NCBI GenBank assembly: GCA_964402965.1
Contig: CAYODY010000001.1
Coordinates: forward strand, 5,724 to 69,723
DNA length: 64,000 nt
Source: an uncultured Candidatus Saccharibacteria bacterium
GTDB lineage: Bacteria > Patescibacteriota > Doudnabacteria > UBA920
Reading direction: 5' to 3'
The position numbers and the translations under genes are program-made. Below are positions 9,023-19,057 of the stretch, piece by piece; position 1 is the first letter of the stretch; each line of letters starts with the position of its first letter. The notes under the pieces are model-generated. The model was not told the DNA's origin. It did not search any database and was given only the letters and a program-made list of their open reading frames with translations.

Positions 9023-10885
9023 ATGAATAAATTCTTAGTTAAATTTTCTTTTGGTTTTTTAATCGCCGCTGTTATGGGCGGTGGTTTTGCTTTTTTTAGT
9101 GTTGAAGCTCAAGCAAAATCAGGCGAGGTAAACTATGTTATTCAATTTAAAAATTCTGAGTCAGTTCAAAATGCTCAAACTGCAGATCCTCAAATTAATT
9201 TAGAAAAAATTTACGGTTTTGCATCGGATTCTAAATTCGGTAGTTACTACCGATTCAGTTCTGCCAAATCTTTGGAGCAAATACGACATGACTTTAATGG
9301 GTTGTATAAAATTTTACAAGTAGATAATTCAATTACAACAAGTCTAAAAACTTCTGTACTCACTCCGGACGATCCAGGGTTTACAAAAAATTCAGCAAAC
9401 ACAGACAAACAATGGGGTTTAGTAAAAGCCGGATTTTTAGATGCATGGCAAAAAAGCACAGGTGACAAAAAAACAATAATTGCAATTGTAGATACAGGTA
9501 TAGATGGTACTCACGAAGATTTAAGAAATGCAAAAATTGTTAAAGGTTACGATGTAGCTAGCAAAAGTATAATTTCAGGTAAATCAAATTCAGATGACAA
9601 CGGACACGGAACTTTAATCGCTGGAGTTATTGCAGGAACAGCAAATAATTCCAAAGGAATTGTCGGTGCTGGTTATAACTTAGGGCTAATGCCAATTAAA
9701 GCTCTGGACGCATCTGGTTCCGGTACTTCATCTTCAATCTCTCAAGCAATTGTTTGGGCAACAGATAAAGGCGCAAGTGTAATTAACTTGTCTTTAGGTG
9801 GCATGGGCTTTGGTCATGACACAGTATTGGCAGAAGCCATAAGCTATGCTTTTGCGAATAATGTTGTAATAATTGCTGCGGCAGGAAATGATGTAGCAGT
9901 TACCGGAGGAAATTTAGATGTTGATCCAGTTTTTCCCATTTGTGATGATAACGGTAAGAATATGATAATCGGAGTCACTGCAACAGACGTTAATGATTTA
10001 AAACCTTCATTTGCAAACTATGGTAAGGCATGTGTAGATGTCTCTGCACCGGGACGTAGGATACTTTCTACTATTAATCATGATCCTGCTACTGGTGGAA
10101 TTTCTCCAAACTCATATGCGTATGCATCTGGGACATCTCTAGCAGTTCCATTCGTTTCTGCAGAAGCAGGACTTTTAAAATCGCTATATCCAAAAGCAAC
10201 AAATAGACAAATTAGAGATCGTATTCTAGCAACAGCAGACAATGTAGATAGTTTAAATATTAGTCAGTGTGCCGGAGGTTCGTGTAGAGGATTCCTTGGT
10301 TCTGGCAGAATTAATGTTGCCGCAAGTTTAGTTACGCAAATAATTACTTTAAATGATGGAGACTTAGTACAAGAACAATCATCAGGAAATTTTTACTATA
10401 TAAACGGTGGGAAGAAACAGCTTGTTAGTCCATTTGTACGAAGTCAACGTTTTGCATTCACTCCAGCAAAACTTGTAACCCAAACAGATTTAGATATGTT
10501 CTCTGAAGGTTCATACGCAGAACCTCAAGACGGAACATTAGTGAAAAGTCCAAATGATGGCGCAGTGTATTACATGCAGTCCGGCTTGCGTAGACCATTA
10601 ACTTTTCAAGTTTTCACAATGCGAGGCTATAAGTTTTCTGACATAGTTACGCTAACTAACGTTGAAGTGAATTCTTGGGTAGAAGGTAGTTTCCTTACAC
10701 CCCCAGATAATATTTTAGTAAGAGGAGAAAAAAATAAAACTTTGTACGCAATTACGAACGGAGTTTTGCATCCAATGAACTATAAATTCTATGTTGAAAG
10801 AAATTTACAAAGTATGCCAATTGTAATTTTCCCAGACAAAGATATTCTAAAGTTTTCTATCGGAGATGCATACATAATTCAATAA
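9023..10885 (+). CDS. secreted subtilisin-like serine protease (S8) with C-terminal tandem repeat domain
   Basis: A signal peptide is present. The S8 triad motifs are AIVDTGIDGTHEDL (Asp), NGHGTLIAG (His) and GTSLAVPFVS (Ser). The last ~180 aa consist of 3-4 copies of a ~55-aa module (G..YYI.NG.K...). Confidence 0.85.
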   Translation: MNKFLVKFSFGFLIAAVMGGGFAFFSVEAQAKSGEVNYVIQFKNSESVQNAQTADPQINLEKIYGFASDSKFGSYYRFSSAKSLEQIRHDFNGLYKILQVDNSITTSLKTSVLTPDDPGFTKNSANTDKQWGLVKAGFLDAWQKSTGDKKTIIAIVDTGIDGTHEDLRNAKIVKGYDVASKSIISGKSNSDDNGHGTLIAGVIAGTANNSKGIVGAGYNLGLMPIKALDASGSGTSSSISQAIVWATDKGASVINLSLGGMGFGHDTVLAEAISYAFANNVVIIAAAGNDVAVTGGNLDVDPVFPICDDNGKNMIIGVTATDVNDLKPSFANYGKACVDVSAPGRRILSTINHDPATGGISPNSYAYASGTSLAVPFVSAEAGLLKSLYPKATNRQIRDRILATADNVDSLNISQCAGGSCRGFLGSGRINVAASLVTQIITLNDGDLVQEQSSGNFYYINGGKKQLVSPFVRSQRFAFTPAKLVTQTDLDMFSEGSYAEPQDGTLVKSPNDGAVYYMQSGLRRPLTFQVFTMRGYKFSDIVTLTNVEVNSWVEGSFLTPPDNILVRGEKNKTLYAITNGVLHPMNYKFYVERNLQSMPIVIFPDKDILKFSIGDAYIIQ

Positions 10886-10945
10886 ATTAAGTTGCATTCA
10901 AAGTAGTTTTCTAGTATTGTTAATATACCCATAAAATAAATTCGC

Positions 10946-12718
10946 ATGAAGAAACAAACATCATTTATAATTATCACAAGTTTAATTTTTTCGTTCTTAA
11001 TTAACGGAAATTTTGTTTATGCACAAGAAGCAATTCAGGCAGGCTTCACTCCAAATAATTTAATTGATGATAGTGTTTTCTCAAACACAAACACTTTTTC
11101 AAGTGCATCAGGTATACAGCAATTTTTGCAGAGCAAAGGAAGTGTTTTAGCTAATACAAGTGAGTCATTCGTTGCGCAACTCAAAGAACCAACAAGTACG
11201 ATTTTAAAACAGACTTTGGAAGACCCACAGCCAAACTTAAACCGTAACAGAACTGCTGCAGAATTAATTTATGATGCATCTCGTTCAAGTGGATTAAACG
11301 CACAAGTTATCTTAGTTACTCTTAATAAAGAACAAAGTTTAATTTCTGGTCGCCAAAATGCAACCCCTGAACAACTTCAACGCGCATTAGACTTCTCAAT
11401 GGGTTTTGGTTGTCCAGATAGCCAGCCTTGTGGAAGTATTTACCAAGGTTTTTATGCTCAACTTTTCGGTGGTGTGGATGCGGAAAACAATCGTTACTTG
11501 GGAGCTGCTAAATCTTTAATGAAGTCTTTTCAAACTCCAGGTGGTCGTGGACCATACTACAATGGAGGCACAAGTAGAGTCGGGGATACTATTGTGTTAG
11601 ATAACACACTTGGTGGGTATGAAGGGGTTCAACCTCAACAAACAGTTAAGCTTTCAAATGCTGCAACCGCTGCGCTGTACAGATACACTCCTCACGTTTT
11701 CAATGGTAATTACAATTTTTGGAGATTCTTTAAAGCATATTTCGGTGCTCCAAATTCCAATTCAGTGAATACAAATACCAGAGTGAAAAATGCAAACCTT
11801 ATTCGTGAATCATCATCTTCTCCAATGTACATAGTTGAGAACGGTGGTAAATATAGAATCGTTCCTTTTGTAGCAAAAGCTAGAAAGTTAGACACTTCAA
11901 AAGTAAAAAATGTTTCGTCCGATGTTTTAAATAGCTACAACACTTTAGGTTTAGCTGCTGCTCCAGACAACACTTTAATTAAGTACAATGGCGCGTACTA
12001 CGTCTTTAAAAATAATTTAAAGCAACAAGTTTCTTTGGAACAAATTAAAGCAATGAATTTAAACTCAGCGAACGCTATAGAAGTTGAGCTAGTTGACTTT
12101 GCTTCATTCAACTCGTCAGATCCTGCTCCTGCACAACCTACTACTCCTGCAACTCCACCTGCTACTCCTGCTCCACTACCTTCAGGTATACCACCAGCAG
12201 GCAGTTTGGTTAAAAGTGCTTCCTCACCAACAATATACTTATTGGAAAATGGTCAAAAGAAGCCAATGGACGGAGAAATCTTCAGAAATAGAAAATTCAC
12301 TTTTGCAAATTTGGTTACTCTAACTCAAGCTCAAATAGATAGTATTCCGCTAGGTCCTTTCCCAGCCCCATTAGATAATACATATTTTAAAGATAAACTA
12401 GGTCAGCTATATGTATATAGAAACGGTAAACTAAGTACGATTTCAAAAATCGCAGCAACTCAGCGTTTAATAACTCCTGACTTCACTTTTGGAGAAGATT
12501 TAGTTAAATCATTGCCAATGGGGTCGCCTGTAATGCCAAAAGATGGAACGCTCGTAAAAGGAGATAAAAAGGCAGAGGTATACTTAATTAGTGGAGGGTT
12601 GGCATCTCCAATGTCTGGACCTGCATTTACTGCAAGGAAGTTTACTTACAGCCAAATCCAAACAATTACCCAATCAGAAATGGACTCATTTTCTAAAGGT
12701 CCAGCAATTACTAAATAG
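10946..12718 (+). CDS. secreted repeat protein sharing the ~55-aa module with the upstream S8 protease; N-terminal domain of unknown function
   Basis: A signal peptide is present. It is followed by a ~250-aa N-terminal domain, about five copies of the same module as in 9023..10885, and a Pro/Thr linker PAPAQPTTPATPPATPAPLP. Confidence 0.6.
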   Translation: MKKQTSFIIITSLIFSFLINGNFVYAQEAIQAGFTPNNLIDDSVFSNTNTFSSASGIQQFLQSKGSVLANTSESFVAQLKEPTSTILKQTLEDPQPNLNRNRTAAELIYDASRSSGLNAQVILVTLNKEQSLISGRQNATPEQLQRALDFSMGFGCPDSQPCGSIYQGFYAQLFGGVDAENNRYLGAAKSLMKSFQTPGGRGPYYNGGTSRVGDTIVLDNTLGGYEGVQPQQTVKLSNAATAALYRYTPHVFNGNYNFWRFFKAYFGAPNSNSVNTNTRVKNANLIRESSSSPMYIVENGGKYRIVPFVAKARKLDTSKVKNVSSDVLNSYNTLGLAAAPDNTLIKYNGAYYVFKNNLKQQVSLEQIKAMNLNSANAIEVELVDFASFNSSDPAPAQPTTPATPPATPAPLPSGIPPAGSLVKSASSPTIYLLENGQKKPMDGEIFRNRKFTFANLVTLTQAQIDSIPLGPFPAPLDNTYFKDKLGQLYVYRNGKLSTISKIAATQRLITPDFTFGEDLVKSLPMGSPVMPKDGTLVKGDKKAEVYLISGGLASPMSGPAFTARKFTYSQIQTITQSEMDSFSKGPAITK

Positions 12719-12744
12719 TAAAACTTGAAATTATTATTAGAAAA

Positions 12745-12771
12745 GCCCTCGTGAAAACGAGGACTTTTTTT
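12745..12771 (+). terminator. rho-independent terminator
   Basis: CCTCGT-gaaa-ACGAGG hairpin followed by T7. Confidence 0.6.
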
Positions 12772-12802
12772 ATAACTCATAAATTGATACAATGAATACA
12801 AC

Positions 12803-14242
12803 ATGTCCAGCCCATCCAAAAATATATTATGGTTAACAGTTTCTAGGGTAGTTTCTCTACTCCTTTTGTTTATTGCCTACAGACAACTGTTCAAATATTT
12901 AGGACCATACAACTATGGTCAATTTCAGTTTGTACTTTCGTATGTAACTCTATTTGGAGTGGTTATTGACTTTGGTTTACAGCAGTACATTGTAAAAAAG
13001 ATGAGCGAAGATCGTTCAAGGGCGAAACACTATTTCCATAATTTTTTAGCAGTAGAGGTTTTATTGGTCGCGCTAGTATATGCCGCAATGATCGGTGTTG
13101 CTCTATTTAACGGCTATGAACCAATAGTTTTTAAAGCCATTTTGGTGGCAGGTTTTGGAACTGCTATAACTGGGTTGTCCTATCCGTTCTTGGCTGTTGT
13201 TACTGCGTTCTATGATTTAAAAAAAGCTGCGTTTATTAATTTCTTGGCATCGGCTGTAAACGTAACAATAATTTTTGTGACTATCTATGTTGGTGGAAGT
13301 ATTGTAATGCTAACAACACAACAGGGGATTGTCGCAATTCTTTCTTTTATAATTTACTATCAGTTTGTACAGAAGTATATAGGCAAGCCTCATGTTCTGA
13401 AAGGAATGAGCGAGCTAGATTTCTCTTTAGTAAAAACTATGTTTGCGGCAGCATTGCCGTTCGCTATTCTAGTCGGGTTTAGCACTCTATACAATAGAAT
13501 TGATGTAGTTTTAATTAAACACATGTTGGGTTACACAGAAACAGGTCTATACTCAGCTGCGTATAAATTTTATGATTTGGTAGCATTTTTCCCAGCGGTT
13601 GTTTCTCATGCATTGTATCCATTGTTTGCAAGTTTAATGGTGACTCGTGACTTAGTACAAGTTAGATCTATTTTGGAAAAATATCTGCGTTTCATGATGA
13701 GTCTTGCTATACCAATGGGAGTCGGTGGAACTATTCTTGCCAAACCAATAATCACATTGCTCACAAATAGCAATGAGTATGCTGGTGCTGCTCCTGTCCT
13801 ATCTATTTTAGTTTGGGCGCCAGCAATTCTATTTGTTTACATAATTGTGAATTCTCTGGTTATTTCTCAATTAACAAAATGGGCAACTGCAATAACTGGC
13901 GTAAATGTCCTGGTTAATATAGTTGGAAACCTAATTCTATTACCAAGAATAGGAATTATTGCAGCAGCAATAATGACTGTCGTTTCAGAATTTTTGCAGG
14001 GTCTGTTCTATTTCTATTTCGTGCGCAAGAAAATTACTGATTTTAAATTTATTTCATATTTGTGGAAACCGATTATAGCTAGTGCAGTTATGGGATTAAG
14101 TATTTGGTATATACAGTATTTGCACGTTCTCATTTTAGTAGCAATTGCAGTTGTAGTTTACGCGGCATGTTTGTTCGTTCTTCGTTTCTTCCAAAAAGAC
14201 GATATCGCATTTATTAAGGGATTGCTTGGTCGTGGTGTTTAA
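12803..14242 (+). CDS. Wzx-like polysaccharide/teichoic-acid flippase (MOP superfamily)
   Basis: 479 aa with about 12-14 predicted TM helices. The N-terminal region is typical of the polysaccharide biosynthesis protein (Wzx/RfbX) family. Confidence 0.7.
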   Translation: MSSPSKNILWLTVSRVVSLLLLFIAYRQLFKYLGPYNYGQFQFVLSYVTLFGVVIDFGLQQYIVKKMSEDRSRAKHYFHNFLAVEVLLVALVYAAMIGVALFNGYEPIVFKAILVAGFGTAITGLSYPFLAVVTAFYDLKKAAFINFLASAVNVTIIFVTIYVGGSIVMLTTQQGIVAILSFIIYYQFVQKYIGKPHVLKGMSELDFSLVKTMFAAALPFAILVGFSTLYNRIDVVLIKHMLGYTETGLYSAAYKFYDLVAFFPAVVSHALYPLFASLMVTRDLVQVRSILEKYLRFMMSLAIPMGVGGTILAKPIITLLTNSNEYAGAAPVLSILVWAPAILFVYIIVNSLVISQLTKWATAITGVNVLVNIVGNLILLPRIGIIAAAIMTVVSEFLQGLFYFYFVRKKITDFKFISYLWKPIIASAVMGLSIWYIQYLHVLILVAIAVVVYAACLFVLRFFQKDDIAFIKGLLGRGV

Positions 14243-14756
14243 AAAAGAGAAACAATCTATTGAGCCAATTCGAGTGATGGTTTTTGGTACGTTCGATATG
14301 GTCCATGCAGGACATAGAAATATGTTTCAACAGGCAAGGGATTTGGTAAACCACTTTAATTCAAGAAATTCAGGAGTAAAAAACAATTCAGGAGTAAAAA
14401 GTTCTACTGCCGAAAACAAATTAAAACCGTATCTAATAGTTTCTATTGCAAGAGATAGAAACGTAAAACGCATTAAGGGCAGGAATGCGTCGCGCGGGGA
14501 GAGGGCGAGGATGGAGATGGTGGGTAAGGCGCGGGGTGTAAATAAAGTAGTTCTAGGTGCAACGGGGAATCATATTCCGCATATAGTGAAAGAAAAACCT
14601 GATATAATTGCATTAGGTTATGATCAAACCGCTTATGTCTCAGGATTAAAATCTGAGCTTAAAAAAGTTGGCTTGAAAACTAAAGTTGTTAGACTTAAGC
14701 CATATAAAGAACATATATATAAAACATCATTTTTAAAAAATAGAAAGTTAAAATAA
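14226..14756 (+). CDS. cytidylyltransferase-superfamily nucleotidyltransferase (RibL/TagD-like)
   Basis: GTFDMVHAGH is the (T/H)xGH nucleotidyltransferase motif. IVSIARDRNVKRIKGR and KPDIIALGYDQT resemble archaeal RibL FMN adenylyltransferase and TagD. The more likely start is ATG 14277 (VMVFGTFD). The gene contains an in-frame 18-bp tandem duplication and a short GC spike. Confidence 0.6.
   Translation: MVVVFKKEKQSIEPIRVMVFGTFDMVHAGHRNMFQQARDLVNHFNSRNSGVKNNSGVKSSTAENKLKPYLIVSIARDRNVKRIKGRNASRGERARMEMVGKARGVNKVVLGATGNHIPHIVKEKPDIIALGYDQTAYVSGLKSELKKVGLKTKVVRLKPYKEHIYKTSFLKNRKLK
14368..14403 (+). repeat. 18-bp in-frame tandem duplication
   Basis: aattcaggagtaaaaaac followed by aattcaggagtaaaaagt, encoding NSGVKN NSGVKS. 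Confidence 0.7.
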
Positions 14757-14769
14757 CTAATAAAAATAT

Positions 14770-16164
14770 ATGCAACAAAATCACAAAAATTTAATTCAAA
14801 TCGCCGCATTGGTTGCAGTAACAGCCGTAGGTGTTTTTTGGATAGTTAACTACAAGTCAAACGTTCCAATTAAACAATCAAATATAAATTCGGGCTTTAA
14901 CGAATTACTTTCAAATAAACTTACGATTAGTAATGTTGGCGCAGAGTCTTTCGGTGATTTAAAAAAGTTTGCTCAAGTTGTGGAGACAAAAAATTCTGGA
15001 GATGGTGGTAATAGCGCAAATACAGTTGTAGCTACAAACAAAGTTGGAAGTAATTCTCCACAGAGCGAAATTTACTCTGGAACTGCAGTTGCCACATCCA
15101 GCGCTGGGAATGCTACTGGTTTTGGTATGGGAGTAGGCGGCGGTGTCCCTGATTCAAAAATGATTGCCCCAGGTGAACCATATCCTATTCCTCAAAATTT
15201 CTCCTTTGTGTACAAGGGAAAGCCATTGGAAGAACTTAATCTTTTATCTGAAAATCAATCAGTCATGAAGCGTAAGCTTCCGCAACAAATATCTGGTTTT
15301 GTAAATCAAATCGCTGGGTTCTTAAGTTTTGGTCTAGTAGATATTAATAAATTTACAGATACTAAATTGTGGAATATTAGTTTTTATGAAGATCATGAAT
15401 TCGGATATAGTTTTTATGGTGACTTTCAAAACGGAACAGTAAATATTTCTCAAAATTATGAAAAGTGGCCGCAACCAAAATATGGTTGTGAAAAAGATTA
15501 TTGTGGTAATTTGCCTCAATTAACTGAGAACCAACTACCAACAAATGACGAAGCAATTGCAATTGCTTCTAAATTCCTCGCTGATTACGGAATATCACTA
15601 GATGGATATGGCTCTCCAGTAGTTCAAGATTATTGGAGAAATGAAATTGTTCCATTAGGTCAAGTACGTTATATTCCTGAACAAGTACAAGTTATCTATC
15701 CATTAGAACTTGAAGGAAAGCAGATATATGATGAAGGGTATAGTGTCTATGGGCTTACAGTAATGGTTGATGCCCGTACTAAGCGTGTTGTTAATGTATA
15801 CGAGCTGAATTCGAAACAGTATGAAAAGTCAGAGTATGCTGGCGAAATAGATGTCAAAAAAATTCTGAAAATTGCTGAGGCAGGTGGATTTAGAAACTAT
15901 TTGTATCAGGATCCAAATGCAAAAACAGTAAAACTAGAATTAGAAACTCCTCAAGTTCAATTAATAAAGATGTGGTACTACGACGAAGCAAAAAAATTCA
16001 ACGGAGAATTGTATGTTCCATCGTTAGTATTTCCAATAAAAAATGCTCAAGAATCTAAGTATTGGCAAAAAAGTTTGTATGTCCCACTTGTGAAAGATAT
16101 TTTAGATGCTGAGCAAAGTAAACCAATACCAGTAGATTTAGAAAAACAATATGAATCACGATGA
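14770..16164 (+). CDS. hypothetical membrane-anchored extracellular protein
   Basis: 464 aa. There is an N-terminal TM (LIQIAALVAVTAVGVFWIV), a Gly/Ser-rich linker and a large C-terminal domain. No family recognised. Confidence 0.45.
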   Translation: MQQNHKNLIQIAALVAVTAVGVFWIVNYKSNVPIKQSNINSGFNELLSNKLTISNVGAESFGDLKKFAQVVETKNSGDGGNSANTVVATNKVGSNSPQSEIYSGTAVATSSAGNATGFGMGVGGGVPDSKMIAPGEPYPIPQNFSFVYKGKPLEELNLLSENQSVMKRKLPQQISGFVNQIAGFLSFGLVDINKFTDTKLWNISFYEDHEFGYSFYGDFQNGTVNISQNYEKWPQPKYGCEKDYCGNLPQLTENQLPTNDEAIAIASKFLADYGISLDGYGSPVVQDYWRNEIVPLGQVRYIPEQVQVIYPLELEGKQIYDEGYSVYGLTVMVDARTKRVVNVYELNSKQYEKSEYAGEIDVKKILKIAEAGGFRNYLYQDPNAKTVKLELETPQVQLIKMWYYDEAKKFNGELYVPSLVFPIKNAQESKYWQKSLYVPLVKDILDAEQSKPIPVDLEKQYESR

Positions 16165-16459
16165 AATTAAAAACGCCATTGAGCGTGTAAAAAAAGGTGA
16201 AGCAAAAGTAATTGATGTGCGTACAGACGCTGAGTGGAACGAAGGTCATGCTGTCGAAGCTTTGCATTTTGATAGCAAAAGAATAGAAGCAGGGGAGTTG
16301 CCTCCTGTAAATAAAGAAACGCCATTATATCTTTATTGCCGTAGTGGCGGGCGTGCAGGTCGAATGAAAACTTTATTGAAGAATGAAGGTTTTGCTGAGG
16401 TACATAATCTTGGAGGTCTGTTAGATTGGAGTGAGGCAGGTGGACAAGTAGAAAATTAG
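16151..16459 (+). CDS. rhodanese-domain sulfurtransferase
   Basis: 102 aa; the active-site loop CRSGGRAG and VIDVRTDAEWNEGH are typical of single-domain rhodanese. Confidence 0.8.
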   Translation: MNHDEIKNAIERVKKGEAKVIDVRTDAEWNEGHAVEALHFDSKRIEAGELPPVNKETPLYLYCRSGGRAGRMKTLLKNEGFAEVHNLGGLLDWSEAGGQVEN

Positions 16460-16486
16460 GCCAGTACAAAATTAAAATTAGACTAA

Positions 16487-17281
16487 TTAGTCTAAAGATT
16501 TAGGTAATTCAAAATCGCCAATTTTTGTGCGTTTAAGTTTAAGCAACATAGCTTTTGACCCAAGTTGCTTGCCTAGCTCTTGAGCTAGACTGCGTATGTA
16601 AGTACCGCTCGAACAATTTATTGTGGCTGTAATAAGCTTAAAGTTTTTAGAGGCTTCGCATTTAGAGCTTAAACTTGCCCAAGCATTGGCGATTTCAGTT
16701 TGTCTAAAATCCCCACTTACTTTTGCTTGAGACAGAAAAACATATTCGTAAATATCACTCCAGCTTTTTTCTTCAAGTGTGGCTACATTAAAATCGTATA
16801 TAGTGGTGGTTTTTGTAGGAATTTCTATGGAATGAAGTAGATTTTCTTTCGCCCAATGCCACAGTGGTTTTCCATTTACTTCAGGAGATGAAAATGCAGG
16901 CAAAGTTAAAGTTACTTCGCCAGTTAAGTTGTCTGCTATTTGTTGTGCAGACTCGACTGAGAAGTTTTGTGAAATATTAAAACTATTTTCATGAAATGTA
17001 GGGATTCCCAGAATATCTTGTGAGTCAGTTGAAATTCCAAACAGTATGGTAGCTTCGTAAGTTTTGTTGAGTTTTAAAAATTCGTCTTTTCGATGCACAG
17101 CATCACCAACAAGTAGCAATAATAGCCCTTCCGCCATAGGGTCTAAACGTCCTGCATAGGTTATCGGTATATCCTCTAATTCAGAATAACTAGATTTAAG
17201 TTTCTGAATTACTTCTAATGGAGTCATTCCAACGGGCTTGTTGTATATGATCATGTCATTCATTTGAGTATTATATCTCAT
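16487..17281 (-). CDS. truB: tRNA pseudouridine(55) synthase
   Basis: GRLDPMAEGLLLLLVGDA contains the catalytic Asp motif of TruB. Start trimmed from the track ORF (17389) to Met 17281 to avoid overlap with divergent msrA. Met 17254 is an alternative. Confidence 0.8.
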   Translation of the reverse strand: MRYNTQMNDMIIYNKPVGMTPLEVIQKLKSSYSELEDIPITYAGRLDPMAEGLLLLLVGDAVHRKDEFLKLNKTYEATILFGISTDSQDILGIPTFHENSFNISQNFSVESAQQIADNLTGEVTLTLPAFSSPEVNGKPLWHWAKENLLHSIEIPTKTTTIYDFNVATLEEKSWSDIYEYVFLSQAKVSGDFRQTEIANAWASLSSKCEASKNFKLITATINCSSGTYIRSLAQELGKQLGSKAMLLKLKRTKIGDFELPKSLD

Positions 17282-17308
17282 ATCCGCTTCGCGTGATATA
17301 CTGAAAAT

Positions 17309-17863
17309 ATGGAAAATAATTCGCAAGAAAATTTGGAGATAGCGGTTTTTGCTGGAGGATGTTTTTGGTGTACAGAAGCAGTGTTTCAAAAATTACGTGG
17401 TGTGCATTCTGTTTTGCCGGGCTACACAGGAGGCAATACAGACAATCCTACATATGAACAAGTTTCATCTGGGAGTACTGGTCACGCAGAAGTAATTAAG
17501 TTTGAGTACGATCCAAAGTTAATTTCTTACAGAGATTTACTAGAAGTATTTTTTGCGACTCATGATCCAACAACTTTAAACAGACAAGGTAATGATGTCG
17601 GCACTCAATATCGCTCATCTATTTTTTACACATCGGAATCTCAAAAAGAACAAGCGGAAGATATTATTACTGAACTGAGAGAATCGCATTCCTATACCAG
17701 CCCAATAGTAACTACTGTAGAGCCACTAACAAAATTTTACGAGGCAGAAGATTACCATAAAAATTATTTTGAAAGGAATCAAGGCGCGCCATATTGCATG
17801 GTAGTAATTAACCCAAAAATTAAAAAATTTAAAGAAAAGTTTGCATCATTAATACAAGAATAA
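17309..17863 (+). CDS. msrA: peptide methionine sulfoxide reductase A
   Basis: GGCFWCTEAVF active-site motif; 184 aa. Confidence 0.9.
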   Translation: MENNSQENLEIAVFAGGCFWCTEAVFQKLRGVHSVLPGYTGGNTDNPTYEQVSSGSTGHAEVIKFEYDPKLISYRDLLEVFFATHDPTTLNRQGNDVGTQYRSSIFYTSESQKEQAEDIITELRESHSYTSPIVTTVEPLTKFYEAEDYHKNYFERNQGAPYCMVVINPKIKKFKEKFASLIQE

Positions 17864-17864
17864 T

Positions 17865-18275
17865 ATGTCAGAAGATGTACAAAAGATTCAAAAATCAGAT
17901 GATGAATGGAAAAAAGATTTAACACCAGAGCAGTTTTCAGTTTTACGTGGCAAAGCAACTGAAGCACCATTTTCTGGAGAGCTGGTAGATAATCATGAAG
18001 ATGGAATGTACACTTGCGCTGGTTGTGGTCTGCAGTTGTTTGACTCTGGAACTAAATTTGATTCTCATAGCGGATGGCCGTCGTTCACAGATCCAGTAAA
18101 TTTAGAACATGTTGAACTTTTACCTGACCATGATGCTGGAATGGTCCGCACTGAAGTTGTCTGCAAACGTTGCGGTGGGCATTTAGGGCACGTTTTTGAT
18201 GACGGACCACAAGATAAGGGTGGAAAGCGTTATTGCATTAATTCTTGTGTGTTAAAGTTCCATAAAAAATCTTAA
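17865..18275 (+). CDS. msrB: peptide methionine sulfoxide reductase B
   Basis: Two CxxC zinc motifs (CAGCG; CKRCGGHLGHVF) and RTEVVC; 136 aa; directly follows msrA. Confidence 0.9.
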   Translation: MSEDVQKIQKSDDEWKKDLTPEQFSVLRGKATEAPFSGELVDNHEDGMYTCAGCGLQLFDSGTKFDSHSGWPSFTDPVNLEHVELLPDHDAGMVRTEVVCKRCGGHLGHVFDDGPQDKGGKRYCINSCVLKFHKKS

Positions 18276-18295
18276 AACTTTAGAACCAAAAACTA

Positions 18296-19024
18296 ATGCA
18301 AATGATTAGAAAAATTCAGAGTAATCTGAAAAAACTAGGCACGCCGGAAAGAGCTAAGTCATCTGCGTGGTTTTTCAAAACAGGACCAGGTCAATACGGA
18401 GAAGGAGATGTTTTTTACGGAATCACAGTTCCAGAACAACGGAAAGTTGCAAAACAATTTTTCGAACAAATTACTTTTCAGGAAATACTGCAATTGCTAA
18501 AAAGCAAAGTTCATGAAGAACGTTTTGTTGCGTTGGAAATCTTAGTTATGAAGTATGAACTGGCTCAAAAACTTTCTGATCTAAAAACACAGAAGAAAAT
18601 ATTCGAATTGTATTTAAAATCAGCAAAGTTAGTTAATAATTGGGATTTAGTAGATACCTCCGCGCCGTATATAGCAGGAGCATATTTACACACCCGCCCC
18701 GCACAAGAACGTGCAAAAGTTTTGCGAAAATTAGCGTTGTCAAAGAATTTGTGGGAACGTCGTATTGCAATTGTTTCCTGTTTATTTCCAATTTCTCAAA
18801 AACAGTTTAAAGACGCTTTGGTGGTGTCTCAACTTCTTCTTTCCGACAAGCATGATCTAATCCATAAAGCAGTTGGCTGGATACTAAGAGAAATTGGAAA
18901 AAAAGATTTGGAAACCGAAATTTTATTTTTGGATAAACATTTAAAGAGCATGCCACGTACCACGCTCCGCTATGCTATTGAGCGATTTCCAGAAAAGCTT
19001 AGGCTAAAATATTTACGGACTTAA
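18296..19024 (+). CDS. DNA alkylation repair protein (AlkC/AlkD-like HEAT-repeat glycosylase)
   Basis: 242 aa, all helical. The N-terminus (KLGTPERAKSSAWFFKTGPGQYGEGDVFYGITVPEQRKVAK) matches the DNA_alkylation family. Confidence 0.65.
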   Translation: MQMIRKIQSNLKKLGTPERAKSSAWFFKTGPGQYGEGDVFYGITVPEQRKVAKQFFEQITFQEILQLLKSKVHEERFVALEILVMKYELAQKLSDLKTQKKIFELYLKSAKLVNNWDLVDTSAPYIAGAYLHTRPAQERAKVLRKLALSKNLWERRIAIVSCLFPISQKQFKDALVVSQLLLSDKHDLIHKAVGWILREIGKKDLETEILFLDKHLKSMPRTTLRYAIERFPEKLRLKYLRT

Positions 19025-19057
19025 TATATATCCACCTTAATATATCCACAAGGTCTA

